NCBI RefSeq assembly: GCF_003057965.1
Contig: NZ_CP020921.1
Coordinates: 456,100 to 514,915 of the forward strand
Reading direction: 5' to 3'
Source of the DNA: Thermodesulfobium acidiphilum
GTDB lineage: Bacteria; Thermodesulfobiota; Thermodesulfobiia; Thermodesulfobiales; Thermodesulfobiaceae
DNA: 58,816 nucleotides
Of this stretch, positions 20,981 through 30,223 are shown one piece after another. Both the position numbers and the translations under genes were made by a program. The number at the start of each line of letters is the position of its first letter. The first letter of the stretch is position 1. The notes beneath the pieces were generated by a model that had not been told where the DNA came from, searched no databases, and saw only the letters and a list, made by a program, of their open reading frames with translations.

Positions 20981-21484
20981 ATGTTAAATAAATCTCAACA
21001 CTCTTTGGAAGACGTTACTCTTCAAGAGCGTGTTATTGAAGTAAGAAGAGTAGCCAGAGTAGTTGCAGGCGGTAAAAGGTTAAGATTTAGAGTAATTGTA
21101 ATAGTAGGCAATGGCGAAGGTAAAGTTGGAGTTGGAATTGGAAAAGCTCAAGAAGTGCCTTCGGCTGTTAGAAAAGCTGTCGAAAAAGCGAAGAAAAATC
21201 TTATAGACGTTCCTATGAGAGGTGATACTATACCTGTTTTTGTTCAGTCTAAATTTGGATCTTCCAATGTAATATTAAGACCTGCTGTTCCTGGAACTGG
21301 AATTATTGCTGGCACAACTGTTCGTGCAATACTTGAATTGGCCGGATATAAAGACGTGCTCACAAAAGTAATCGGATCTACTAATGCTCTTAATACTGTT
21401 TTGGCTACAATAAAAGGCTTGCAGGAAATTAATAATTCTATTCTCCTTTCAAAGATGAGGAAGGGAGTGGTTAGTAATGATTAG
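20981..21484 (+). CDS. rpsE: 30S ribosomal protein S5
   Basis: RVARVVAGGK, GKAQEVP, PA..GTGIIAG. Confidence 0.98.
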   Translation: MLNKSQHSLEDVTLQERVIEVRRVARVVAGGKRLRFRVIVIVGNGEGKVGVGIGKAQEVPSAVRKAVEKAKKNLIDVPMRGDTIPVFVQSKFGSSNVILRPAVPGTGIIAGTTVRAILELAGYKDVLTKVIGSTNALNTVLATIKGLQEINNSILLSKMRKGVVSND

Positions 21485-21926
21485 TCTTTCAAACCTTAAA
21501 CCCAGTTATGGTGCTATAAAGGAACCAAAAAGATTAGGAAGAGGTAGGAGCTCTGGACATGGTAGGACATGTGGGAGAGGACAGGCTGGTCAGAATTCTC
21601 GTTCTGGTGGCGGAGTGAGACCTGGCTTTGAAGGCGGCCAAGTGCCTCTTTATAGAAGACTCCCGAAGTGGAAAGGGTTTAAGAATACCCTTTTTAAGAA
21701 GACTTATGAAGTTATAAATATTTCAAGGCTTGCTGAATTAGAGCCTGATACGGTTGTAACTCCAGAATTTTTAGAAGATAAAGGTTGGGCAAAAAAAGGT
21801 GCTTTGATAAAAATTTTAGGTGATGGTGAAATTTCTATTCCATTGAAGGTTAAGGCTCATAAATTTAGCTCTTCTGCTAAAGAAAAAATTGAAAAGTGTG
21901 GCGGAAGTATAGAGGTGTTATCGTGA
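21477..21926 (+). CDS. rplO: 50S ribosomal protein L15
   Basis: RLGRG.SSG.G.T.GRG, GFEGGQ.PLYRRLPK, KILGDG. Confidence 0.98.
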   Translation: MISLSNLKPSYGAIKEPKRLGRGRSSGHGRTCGRGQAGQNSRSGGGVRPGFEGGQVPLYRRLPKWKGFKNTLFKKTYEVINISRLAELEPDTVVTPEFLEDKGWAKKGALIKILGDGEISIPLKVKAHKFSSSAKEKIEKCGGSIEVLS

Positions 21927-23197
21927 TAGACAATTTAATGGGAGCAATGAACTTTGGGGATTTGCGAAACAAGGTAATTTTTACAATACTTATGATTGTT
22001 TTGTTTAGATTTGGTACCCATATTCCTGTTCCCGGAGTTAATCACGAAATGATTTCGAGAATTATAGAACAAACAGGTATATTGGGATTTCTTGATCTAT
22101 TTGCTGGTGGTGCGCTTGCAAAGTTTTCAATTTTTGCTATGGGTATAACTCCTTATATTAACGCGTCAATTATCATTCAATTGTTGACGCCAATTGTGCC
22201 GAAAATGCAAGCTATGCAAAAAGAAAGTGAATCTGGCAGAAAAGCCTTAGCTCAATATACAAGATATTTGACTGTCGTGCTTGCTGCTCTCCAAGGCATA
22301 GCTATGAGTTTTGTTCTTTCTTCTGCAATTCCTGTATTTACATTTTTCAACATTGTAACGACTGTAATAGTTTTAACGGCTGGTTCAGTCTTTCTAATGT
22401 GGATGGGCGAATTGATAACAGAGAAAGGAATAGGAAATGGAGCGTCGCTTTTAATTTTTATAGGCATTATTTCTAGATTGCCTTTGTATTTTGGTCAGAC
22501 ATTTTCTCTCCTTATGATAGGAGATATAAATATATTGCAAGTTATAGCGTTATTTGCAATTTTTTGTTTGGCTATTATTGCAATTGTCTGGATTCAGTTG
22601 GCAGAAAGAAAGGTTCCAATACACTATGCGAAAAAAGTTGTTGGTAGAAAAGTTTATGGAGGGCAAACGTCTTATTTGCCTTTGAGAATTAATACTGCTG
22701 GTGTTTTGCCAATTATATTTGCAGTATCAATTTTGATGTTACCCAACACAATTTTTGGATTCTTAAGAGGTGTCCCATCTGTACAAAACCTTGCTATATA
22801 TCTTTCTACTCTTTTTTCTCCCGAATCAGTTTTGTATAATATTATTGAATTTTTCCTGATTATATTTTTTGCTTTTTTCTATACTGCAATTATTTACAAT
22901 CCAGTTGAACTAGCAAATAATTTAAAGAAATATGGCGGTTTTATTCCAGGAATTAGACCAGGAAAGCCGACTTCTGAATACTTTGATAGAGTTTTGACAA
23001 GAATTACAACGTTGGGAGGCTTGTTCTTGGGGTTTATTGCTTTAATTCCTACTTTAGCAGAACTTTTGACAAAGGTTACAACATTTAGAGGTTTGGGAGC
23101 GACTGCTCTTCTTATTGTGGTAGGTGTGGCGCTTGACACAATAAGACAAATCCAGGCGCAGTTGATGGCAAAACAATATGAACATCTTATTAAATAA
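21923..23197 (+). CDS. secY: Preprotein translocase SecY
   Basis: Multi-TM; SIFAMGITPYINASII, GIGNG.SL, IPGIRPG; GTG overlapping rplO stop. Confidence 0.98.
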   Translation: MIDNLMGAMNFGDLRNKVIFTILMIVLFRFGTHIPVPGVNHEMISRIIEQTGILGFLDLFAGGALAKFSIFAMGITPYINASIIIQLLTPIVPKMQAMQKESESGRKALAQYTRYLTVVLAALQGIAMSFVLSSAIPVFTFFNIVTTVIVLTAGSVFLMWMGELITEKGIGNGASLLIFIGIISRLPLYFGQTFSLLMIGDINILQVIALFAIFCLAIIAIVWIQLAERKVPIHYAKKVVGRKVYGGQTSYLPLRINTAGVLPIIFAVSILMLPNTIFGFLRGVPSVQNLAIYLSTLFSPESVLYNIIEFFLIIFFAFFYTAIIYNPVELANNLKKYGGFIPGIRPGKPTSEYFDRVLTRITTLGGLFLGFIALIPTLAELLTKVTTFRGLGATALLIVVGVALDTIRQIQAQLMAKQYEHLIK

Positions 23198-23990
23198 AAA
23201 TAAAAAGATTATAATTAAATCAAATGAAGAGATAATGGCCTTGAGGAAGGCAGGTCGTGTAGTAGGAAAGCTTTTGTACGAAATAGCTGATATAATAAAG
23301 CCCGGCATTTCAACATATGAACTAGAGAAATTTGCAGAAATGTTTTTCGAAAAAGAAAAGGCAATCCCCGCTTTTAAAAATTATAAGCCCAGTTTTTCTG
23401 CGAAGCCTTTTCCTGCTATACTTTGCACTTCAATTAACGATGAAGTCGTACACGGTATCCCTTCCAAAAAAAGAATACTCAAAGAAGGAGATATCTTAAA
23501 AATTGATGTGGGTTCTATAGTGAATGGTTGGTGCGGAGATAGTGCCAGAACTTATCCTGTAGGAAATATTTCTTCTGATGCCAGGCTTCTTTTGGAAGTG
23601 ACAGAGAAATCTTTATATGCAGGAATTGACCAGGCTGTTGTTGGAGGTCATGTTTCTGATATTGGCGCTGCTGTTCAAAGATTTGTTGAAGCTTTTGGAT
23701 TCTCTCCTGTTAGAGAGCTTTCAGGTCATGGGATTGGTAGGAGCGTTCACGAAGAGCCCTGTATTCCAAACTTTGGCGACTATGGTCAAGGTCCAAAGTT
23801 GTTAGAGGGTATGACTATTTGTATTGAGCCAATGATTAATGCAGGGAGTTATGAGGTGGATTTAGCAAAGGACGGTTGGACAGTAACTACTAAAGATAAA
23901 TCCCTTTCAGCTCATTTTGAGCATATGGTTGCTATAACAAAAGATGGACCTGTAATCCTCTCTGCATGGGGAGGTGATGAAACTGGCTAA
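23178..23990 (+). CDS. map: Methionine aminopeptidase type I
   Basis: [18 protein letters not shown]...HEEP, IEPMIN, SAHFEH. Confidence 0.97.
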   Translation: MNILLNKNKKIIIKSNEEIMALRKAGRVVGKLLYEIADIIKPGISTYELEKFAEMFFEKEKAIPAFKNYKPSFSAKPFPAILCTSINDEVVHGIPSKKRILKEGDILKIDVGSIVNGWCGDSARTYPVGNISSDARLLLEVTEKSLYAGIDQAVVGGHVSDIGAAVQRFVEAFGFSPVRELSGHGIGRSVHEEPCIPNFGDYGQGPKLLEGMTICIEPMINAGSYEVDLAKDGWTVTTKDKSLSAHFEHMVAITKDGPVILSAWGGDETG

Positions 23991-24201
23991 AGAAGAGGCT
24001 ATTGAAGTCGAAGGAGTGATACTGGAAGCGTTGCCAAACGCAATGTTTAGAGTGGAACTTGAGACTGGCCATGTAATTTTGGCTTATGTTTCTGGTAAAA
24101 TGAGGATGAACTTTATCAAAATAGTACCTGGCGATCGCGTTAAAGTAGAATTATCTCCTTACGATCTTACGAGAGGTCGTATTATTTATAGAATGAAATA
24201 G
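23977..24201 (+). CDS. infA: Translation initiation factor IF-1
   Basis: [28 protein letters not shown]. Confidence 0.98.
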   Translation: MKLAKEEAIEVEGVILEALPNAMFRVELETGHVILAYVSGKMRMNFIKIVPGDRVKVELSPYDLTRGRIIYRMK

Positions 24202-24226
24202 AAATTTGCTATTAGGAGGACAATAT

Positions 24227-24340
24227 ATGAAGGTTCGTGCGTCAGTAAAAAGAATATGTGAAAAATGTAAGATTATCAAGCGAAAAGGGATAGTAAGGGT
24301 AATTTGTGAAAACCCTCGCCATAAACAGCGACAAGGATAA
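24227..24340 (+). CDS. rpmJ: 50S ribosomal protein L36 (not in ORF track)
   Basis: Manual translation [45 protein letters not shown]. Confidence 0.98.
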   Translation: MKVRASVKRICEKCKIIKRKGIVRVICENPRHKQRQG

Positions 24341-24352
24341 GGAGGTTAGTTA

Positions 24353-24724
24353 ATGGCTAGAATTGCTGGAGTAGACCTGGCTGAGAACAAGAAAGTCTGG
24401 GTTGCACTGACCTATATTTATGGTATAGGAAAGCCCCTTGCTTTTAAAATTCTTAATGCTACCGGAGTAGATCCCGAAAAGAGAATAAAAGAGTTATCCG
24501 AAGAGGAAATTATAAAGTTAAGAGATGAGGTAGAAAAAAACTATAAGGTTGAAGGCGATCTAAGAAGGGAAGTTGCTCAGAATATACGCAGACTGATTGA
24601 CCTTGGTACATATAGAGGTTTAAGGCACAGAAGAGGACTTCCAGTTAGAGGGCAAAGAACAAGGACAAATGCAAGAACGAGAAAAGGTCCTAAGCGCTTG
24701 ATTGGCGCTAAAAAGAAAAAGTAA
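24353..24724 (+). CDS. rpsM: 30S ribosomal protein S13
   Basis: [31 protein letters not shown]. Confidence 0.99.
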   Translation: MARIAGVDLAENKKVWVALTYIYGIGKPLAFKILNATGVDPEKRIKELSEEEIIKLRDEVEKNYKVEGDLRREVAQNIRRLIDLGTYRGLRHRRGLPVRGQRTRTNARTRKGPKRLIGAKKKK

Positions 24725-24757
24725 AAATTTTTTAATTAACTTTAAGGAGGTATTGAG

Positions 24758-25162
24758 TTGGCAAGAAAGGGTAAAGCTCAAACACAAACCCGAGTGAAGA
24801 AAAAAGAGAAGAAAAATGTATTGTACGGGATAGCTCATATTCATTCAACTTTCAATAATACTATTATAGCGATTTCAGATAAGCAAGGTGCCTTGATTTC
24901 GTGGGGCAGTGGAGGTACGGCAGGATTTAAGGGAACTAAAAAGGGTACGCCTTATGCCGCCCAGCTTGCTGCAGAAGTAGTTGCGAAAAAAGCAATGGAT
25001 CATGGAATGAAACAGGTGGACGTATACGTTAAAGGTCCCGGGCCAGGCAGAGAGACTGCAATTCGTTCTTTGCTGGCTGCAGGCCTTTCAATTGAGATGA
25101 TTAAGGATGTTACGCCTATTCCTCATAATGGGTGTCGTCCGCCTAAACGCAGAAGGGTATAG
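24758..25162 (+). CDS. rpsK: 30S ribosomal protein S11 (TTG start)
   Basis: [30 protein letters not shown]. Confidence 0.99.
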   Translation: MARKGKAQTQTRVKKKEKKNVLYGIAHIHSTFNNTIIAISDKQGALISWGSGGTAGFKGTKKGTPYAAQLAAEVVAKKAMDHGMKQVDVYVKGPGPGRETAIRSLLAAGLSIEMIKDVTPIPHNGCRPPKRRRV

Positions 25163-25176
25163 GAGGTAAAACACTA

Positions 25177-25803
25177 ATGAGCAGATATACTGGCGCTGTG
25201 TGTAGACTTTGTAGAAGAGAGGGCATGAAACTTTTTCTAAAAGGAGATAGGTGCTTGTCTGAAAAGTGCTCTTTCGATAAGCGTCCAACTCCACCAGGAA
25301 TGCATATTAATACGAGAATAAAGACTTCAGAGTACGGATTGCGTTTGAGGGAAAAACAGAGAATGAAGCGTTTTTATGGCTTGATTGGCGAAAGACAGTT
25401 TAGAAGATATGTTGAGCTTGCTGAAAAAATGGGTGGTGTTACTGGAGATAACCTTTATTTTTTACTAGAAAGAAGACTCGATAACGTTTTATACAGGTCT
25501 GGTTTCGCTTCAAGTCGTCAAGAGGCAAGACAGATGATCTCTCATGGGCACTTCAACGTTAACTCTCGTAAAGTTAGTATACCATCTTATAGAGTTAAAC
25601 CAGGAGATGTTATTTCTGTAAGGGAAAATAGTAGAGAACTTTTTAGCTCAGAATATGTTGAAGTTATAAAAGAGAGAACTCCTGCTCCTTGGATTTATGT
25701 TGATTATGACAAATTAGAAATCAAGTTTGATAGACTTCCTCAGCGTGAAGAACTTGATGTGCCTATCAGAGAAAATCTAATTATCGAGTTCTATTCTCGA
25801 TAG
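25177..25803 (+). CDS. rpsD: 30S ribosomal protein S4 (zinc-binding type)
   Basis: CRLCRREG, LREKQ, LERRLDN, IIEFYSR. Confidence 0.98.
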   Translation: MSRYTGAVCRLCRREGMKLFLKGDRCLSEKCSFDKRPTPPGMHINTRIKTSEYGLRLREKQRMKRFYGLIGERQFRRYVELAEKMGGVTGDNLYFLLERRLDNVLYRSGFASSRQEARQMISHGHFNVNSRKVSIPSYRVKPGDVISVRENSRELFSSEYVEVIKERTPAPWIYVDYDKLEIKFDRLPQREELDVPIRENLIIEFYSR

Positions 25804-25818
25804 AAGAGGAGGAGTCCT

Positions 25819-26844
25819 TTGTTTGGGTCAAAGGAAAGTTATAAACTAGAAATTAAAGAACAACTGGAAATTGAAAATGGTGGTAAATATAGCAAATTTG
25901 TTCTAGAACCATTGCCACCAGGTTATGGTGTTACAATTGGTAATGCCTTAAGAAGAATTCTTCTTACGTCAATTCCCGGAAGTGCTGTTATTGCTGTAAG
26001 GGTTGATGACGCACCTCATGAATATATGACTTTACCGGGCATGGTAGAAGATATTTTAGAATTTCATTTGAATTTAAAAAAGTTAGTCGTTGCCATTTTG
26101 GCTGATATTTCTGAAGAGGAAACGAGAAAACTGATTCTTGATGTTAAGGGGCCAAAAATAGTAAAGGCTTCAGATATCCAACCAAATGCTGAAGTACAGA
26201 TTATCAATAAAGACCTTTATTTGGCTACTTTGGAAGAAAATGGTGAATTAAGAGCAGAAATAACTGTAAAAAAGGGAAAAGGGTATATGTCTATTGAAAA
26301 GATGAAGGAGAATACCCGTTGGCTATCGCCGGGTAGCATTCCTTTAGATGCTAATTTTTTACCAATTACGAGGGTAAATTATTCTGTTGAATCAACTCGT
26401 GTTGGTCAAGAAACTGATTGGGACAAACTTATATTTGAAATTTGGACTAACGGTGCTATTGAACCAGTTAATGCTCTGAGAATTGCAGCAGAAGATCTGA
26501 TATCTTATTTTAGAATTTTTGCTGAGTATGGTACTTTTTTGGATACGCAGATGCCAGTTTCTGATTACAAAGAGATAAAAAAGGATTCTTACTTAAAGTC
26601 GCAGACAAAAATGGATTTAGAACAGTCAATAGAAGAAATTGGCCTTCAAACCAGAATTGCCAACGTTCTTAAAAGATCTGGTATATCGACTTTAGGGGAC
26701 TTGATTTCAAAGACTAGAGAGGACATCTTAAACGTCCCAAGTTTTGGTAAAAAGTCGTTGGACGAACTTGAAGAAATTTTGCATGCCAAAGGTTATCGTC
26801 TTAAATCTAGCGATGAAAATGGAGGTGAAGATTTTGGGGCATAG
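25819..26844 (+). CDS. rpoA: RNA polymerase alpha subunit (TTG start)
   Basis: EPL..GYG.TIGNALRRILL, TRVGQ.TD.DKL, alpha-CTD FGKKSL.E. Confidence 0.97.
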   Translation: MFGSKESYKLEIKEQLEIENGGKYSKFVLEPLPPGYGVTIGNALRRILLTSIPGSAVIAVRVDDAPHEYMTLPGMVEDILEFHLNLKKLVVAILADISEEETRKLILDVKGPKIVKASDIQPNAEVQIINKDLYLATLEENGELRAEITVKKGKGYMSIEKMKENTRWLSPGSIPLDANFLPITRVNYSVESTRVGQETDWDKLIFEIWTNGAIEPVNALRIAAEDLISYFRIFAEYGTFLDTQMPVSDYKEIKKDSYLKSQTKMDLEQSIEEIGLQTRIANVLKRSGISTLGDLISKTREDILNVPSFGKKSLDELEEILHAKGYRLKSSDENGGEDFGA

Positions 26845-27187
26845 AATAGCACACAGAAAACTTAATATGCCAATTTCTAACAGAAAGGCATTGTTAAGGG
26901 GTTTGGCTTGTAGTCTTTTTATTAATAAAAGGATTACTACCACCTTAGCTCGCGCTAAAGAGGCCCAGAGGATTATTGAACGCATTATAACTATTTCAAA
27001 AAAAGACAATACAGCTAATAGAAGGTTAGCTTTTTCTTATTTACAATCCAAAGATGCTATAAAAGCTTTGTATAGTGAAGAACTTGATCCTGTAAGAGAA
27101 AGAAATGGCGGCTATACTAGAATTGTCAAAATTGGTCCCAGGAAAGGTGACGGGGCTGAAATGGCAGTTCTAGAAATTGTTTTCTAA
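26834..27187 (+). CDS. rplQ: 50S ribosomal protein L17 (TTG start)
   Basis: HRKL, ITTTLARAKE, RNGGYTRIVK.GPRKGDGAEMA; SD GGAGGTG before TTG 26834. Confidence 0.97.
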   Translation: MGHRIAHRKLNMPISNRKALLRGLACSLFINKRITTTLARAKEAQRIIERIITISKKDNTANRRLAFSYLQSKDAIKALYSEELDPVRERNGGYTRIVKIGPRKGDGAEMAVLEIVF

Positions 27188-27220
27188 GAAATTGGAAATC
27201 TTGGAAATCGGAATATTAAT

Positions 27221-27255
27221 GGGTCGGGGCTTATGTGCCTCGATCTTTCTCTTTT
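27221..27255 (+). terminator. Putative terminator ending the ribosomal superoperon
   Basis: GGGTCGGGGC-ttatgt-GCCTCGATCT 10-bp stem (3 G-U pairs) then TTCTCTTTT. Confidence 0.65.
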
Positions 27256-27258
27256 AAA

Positions 27259-28086
27259 ATGGATATTGCAGCTATAATTTCTTATGATGGCACTAACTTT
27301 CATGGATTCCAATTGCAAAATCAGTCTAGAACTGTTCAATTAGTAATTGAAAAAGGACTTGAAAAGATATTTAAAGAAAGAATTTGTGTCGTACCTGCTG
27401 GTAGAACAGATGCTGGAGTACATGCTATAGGCCAAGTTATCTCCTTTAGGTTAGAGAAGTGCCCATTTAGTATTGAAAAATTGCAAAATATTTTAAATTA
27501 TCATTTGCCAGATGATATTAGGATTAGTGAAATGAAGATAATGTCAGGGGATTTTAACAGCAGATTTTCAGCAAAGTCAAGAGTTTATGTTTATGCTGTA
27601 AGTGCAAAAAAAGATATGTGCGCTCATTTAAACAGGTATTTTTGGAATTTAGATATCTCTCTTGAACAACTGAAGGTGCCATTGAATTTAATCCCTGAAA
27701 GGTTTTGTTTTAGGTCCTTTTCTAGAGTTTCTCGAGACAGAAAGTTGAATTTTGGTACTGTAACTTTCTCTAAGTGTATTTTTTCTGATGATTTTTTGTA
27801 TTTTATTATTGAGGCTCCATCCTTCTTGTGGCATACTGTGAGGTTTTTGTTTGGTGAAGCTGTGGCTGTAGCAATAGGCAAAAGAACTTTAGAAGATTAT
27901 AAAGAAGCCTTAGAAGGAAAAAAGAGATTGGTACTTTATAAAGCTCCTCCGAAAGGATTACATCTTTGGGGAGTGAGCTACTTTGAACAAGCACTTGGAG
28001 CTCTTTGTGAAAAAAATATAATTAAAGATGGATTATGTGGTTTTTTTAAGCCCCCATCTTTCATTGACATTGTAAAATGTCCGTAA
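27259..28086 (+). CDS. truA: tRNA pseudouridine(38-40) synthase
   Basis: SYDGTNFHGFQ, AGRTDAGVHA.GQV, RFSAKSR.Y.Y, APPKGL.L. Confidence 0.93.
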   Translation: MDIAAIISYDGTNFHGFQLQNQSRTVQLVIEKGLEKIFKERICVVPAGRTDAGVHAIGQVISFRLEKCPFSIEKLQNILNYHLPDDIRISEMKIMSGDFNSRFSAKSRVYVYAVSAKKDMCAHLNRYFWNLDISLEQLKVPLNLIPERFCFRSFSRVSRDRKLNFGTVTFSKCIFSDDFLYFIIEAPSFLWHTVRFLFGEAVAVAIGKRTLEDYKEALEGKKRLVLYKAPPKGLHLWGVSYFEQALGALCEKNIIKDGLCGFFKPPSFIDIVKCP

Positions 28087-28092
28087 TATAAT
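28064..28092 (+). promoter_or_regulatory. Consensus sigma70 promoter for rplM-rpsI
   Basis: Perfect TTGACA-17 nt-TATAAT overlapping the truA 3' end. Confidence 0.85.
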
Positions 28093-28124
28093 GAGTTTTC
28101 TAAAATGTATTTAGGAGGAAGGAT

Positions 28125-28559
28125 ATGAAGACTGAGTTCCCAAATATATCTAATTCGGATAAAAAATGGTGGCTTATTGACGCAAATGGACAAACTTTAG
28201 GTCGTTTGGCTAGCAAAGTTGCAACAATCTTGAGAGGTAAACACAAACCCAGTTACTGTCCAAATTTTGATAATGGAGATTATGTAATTTTAATAAATGC
28301 GAGCAAGATTGTTGTTACCGGAAACAAGGAGAATGATAAAACTTACTATAGACATTCACAGTATCTCGGAAACTTAAAATCAGTTAACTTTAAGAAAATG
28401 AGAGTTCAAAAACCAGAGTTTATTTTGTTTCATGCAGTAAAAGGGATGTTACCAAAGGGATCGCTTGGGAGAACTATGCTTGGCAAACTTAAGATTTATA
28501 AAGATGAAAATTATAAAGAAAAGGCTCAAAAACCAGTTCTTTTGAAGCTTGAAAACTAG
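28125..28559 (+). CDS. rplM: 50S ribosomal protein L13
   Basis: W.LIDA.G..LGRLAS, LRGKHKP, AVKGMLPK. Confidence 0.98.
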   Translation: MKTEFPNISNSDKKWWLIDANGQTLGRLASKVATILRGKHKPSYCPNFDNGDYVILINASKIVVTGNKENDKTYYRHSQYLGNLKSVNFKKMRVQKPEFILFHAVKGMLPKGSLGRTMLGKLKIYKDENYKEKAQKPVLLKLEN

Positions 28560-28635
28560 ATAAATTTTCTAATAAATATAATGATATGCTTTTAATACAA
28601 TTTTATTTTTATTTAACAATTTAAGGAGGAAGTTG

Positions 28636-29040
28636 ATGAATCTTAAAGAACAGGCTTTTGTTTGGGGGTTGGGAAGAAGGAAGACTTCTGTTGCGAGAGT
28701 AAGGGTATATCCTGCAGATAATGGCAAGATAATAGTTAATGGCAAAGACTACTTAGAATATTTCCCAAGAAAAACTTTACAAATAATTGTAGAAGAACCA
28801 CTAATAACAGCAGGAATTTTTGGAAAAGTAGAAGTAAGGGCAAAGATAGTTGGAGGAGGGATTTCTTCTCAGGCAGGGGCTCTTTCTCACGGTATTTCAA
28901 GGGCACTTTTCTCTCTTAATCCTGAATTAAAGATGTTGTTGAAATCTAAGGGACTATTAACAAGGGATTCAAGAATGAAAGAAAGAAGAAAATATGGTTT
29001 ACAGAAGGCAAGAAAAGCACCTCAATACTCTAAGAGATAA
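28636..29040 (+). CDS. rpsI: 30S ribosomal protein S9
   Basis: GRRKTSVARV, GGG.SSQAGA, LTRD.RMKERRKYG, PQYSKR. Confidence 0.98.
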   Translation: MNLKEQAFVWGLGRRKTSVARVRVYPADNGKIIVNGKDYLEYFPRKTLQIIVEEPLITAGIFGKVEVRAKIVGGGISSQAGALSHGISRALFSLNPELKMLLKSKGLLTRDSRMKERRKYGLQKARKAPQYSKR

Positions 29041-29053
29041 TCGGGAGGAATAG

Positions 29054-30223
29054 ATGGACCGTTTCTTAAATGACAATCATATGTTAATGATTCCTGGACC
29101 AATTACTGTTCCACCTCGAATTTTAAGAGTAAACTCAAGGCCAATGATAAATCACAGAGGGCCGGTCTTTCAGAAAATTCACGAATATTGCGTTGATGGT
29201 TTGAAAAAGATCTTTAAAACTAATGAAGGCGAAGTTTATATCTTTGCTTCAGTTGGAACTGGAGCTATGGAAGCGTGCGTTTCGAACTTTTTTAACAAAG
29301 ATGATAGGGTTTTAGTTTTGGTCAACGGTAACTTCGGTCAACGTTTTGTCCAGATTGCAAGCGCATACGGCTTAAATGTAGATGCTTTGGAATTCGTTTG
29401 GGGTCAATATGCAGACCCAGAAAAGGTAAAGGATTATTTATCAAAATATCCAAAGGGTACATATAAGGGAGTTTTGGTTCAGCATAACGAAACTTCTACA
29501 GCTATACTAAACGATCTTGAAAAACTTTCACCGATCATAAAGGAACATGGAGCTCTGTTTGTGGTTGATTCAATTAGTGGCATGGTTGCAGCGCCTTTTG
29601 AGATGGATAAGTGGAAGGTGGATGTAGTAGCTGCAGCTTCTCAAAAGGCTTTTGGTTGTCCTCCTGGAATTAGTATTCTTGGAGTATCTAAAGAGGCTCT
29701 TAATAGAGCAAATAATTCTAACTTGCCAAGATTTTATTTTGATGTCAGAAAATATCATGAATCATATAAAAAGGGGCAACCTCCCTTTACAGCACCTATT
29801 TCGCTTTACTTTTCACTTGAAGAATCTATAAAGATGATTTTTGAAGAAGGTCTCGAAAACTTCCAGAAGAGACATATTGTTTTAAGGGATTCTGTAAGAA
29901 GTGCTGTAAAGGCTCTTGGTTTGAAACTGGTGTCGGATGACAGCTGTGCAAGTCCTGTGGTTACGGGCGTTTTTGCTCCTGAAGGAATCAATCCTCAAGA
30001 TATTATAAATACAATGAGAAAAGATTTTGGAATAGTTCTTGCAGGCGGTCAATCGCAGTTTAAAGGTAAAATATTTAGGATTGGCCATTTAGGTTTTATA
30101 GGAGCTACAGAAATATTTTCAACCTTTGCAGCTCTTGAACTAACTCTTGATAAACTGGGATATAAGTTTGAAAAAGGTGTATCAGTTAAGGCAGCACAGA
30201 AAGTTTTTGAGGAGAGAATGTAA
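29054..30223 (+). CDS. Class V PLP aminotransferase (AGAT/serine-pyruvate type), probable phosphoserine aminotransferase
   Basis: MIPGP, HNETST, VVDSIS, ASQKAFGCPPG (PLP Lys), FRIGHLG; abuts serA. Confidence 0.85.
   Translation: MDRFLNDNHMLMIPGPITVPPRILRVNSRPMINHRGPVFQKIHEYCVDGLKKIFKTNEGEVYIFASVGTGAMEACVSNFFNKDDRVLVLVNGNFGQRFVQIASAYGLNVDALEFVWGQYADPEKVKDYLSKYPKGTYKGVLVQHNETSTAILNDLEKLSPIIKEHGALFVVDSISGMVAAPFEMDKWKVDVVAAASQKAFGCPPGISILGVSKEALNRANNSNLPRFYFDVRKYHESYKKGQPPFTAPISLYFSLEESIKMIFEEGLENFQKRHIVLRDSVRSAVKALGLKLVSDDSCASPVVTGVFAPEGINPQDIINTMRKDFGIVLAGGQSQFKGKIFRIGHLGFIGATEIFSTFAALELTLDKLGYKFEKGVSVKAAQKVFEERM

Noticed and set aside
26744-26833. Long rplQ extension overlapping rpoA
   Set aside because: SD and homology place the start at TTG 26834
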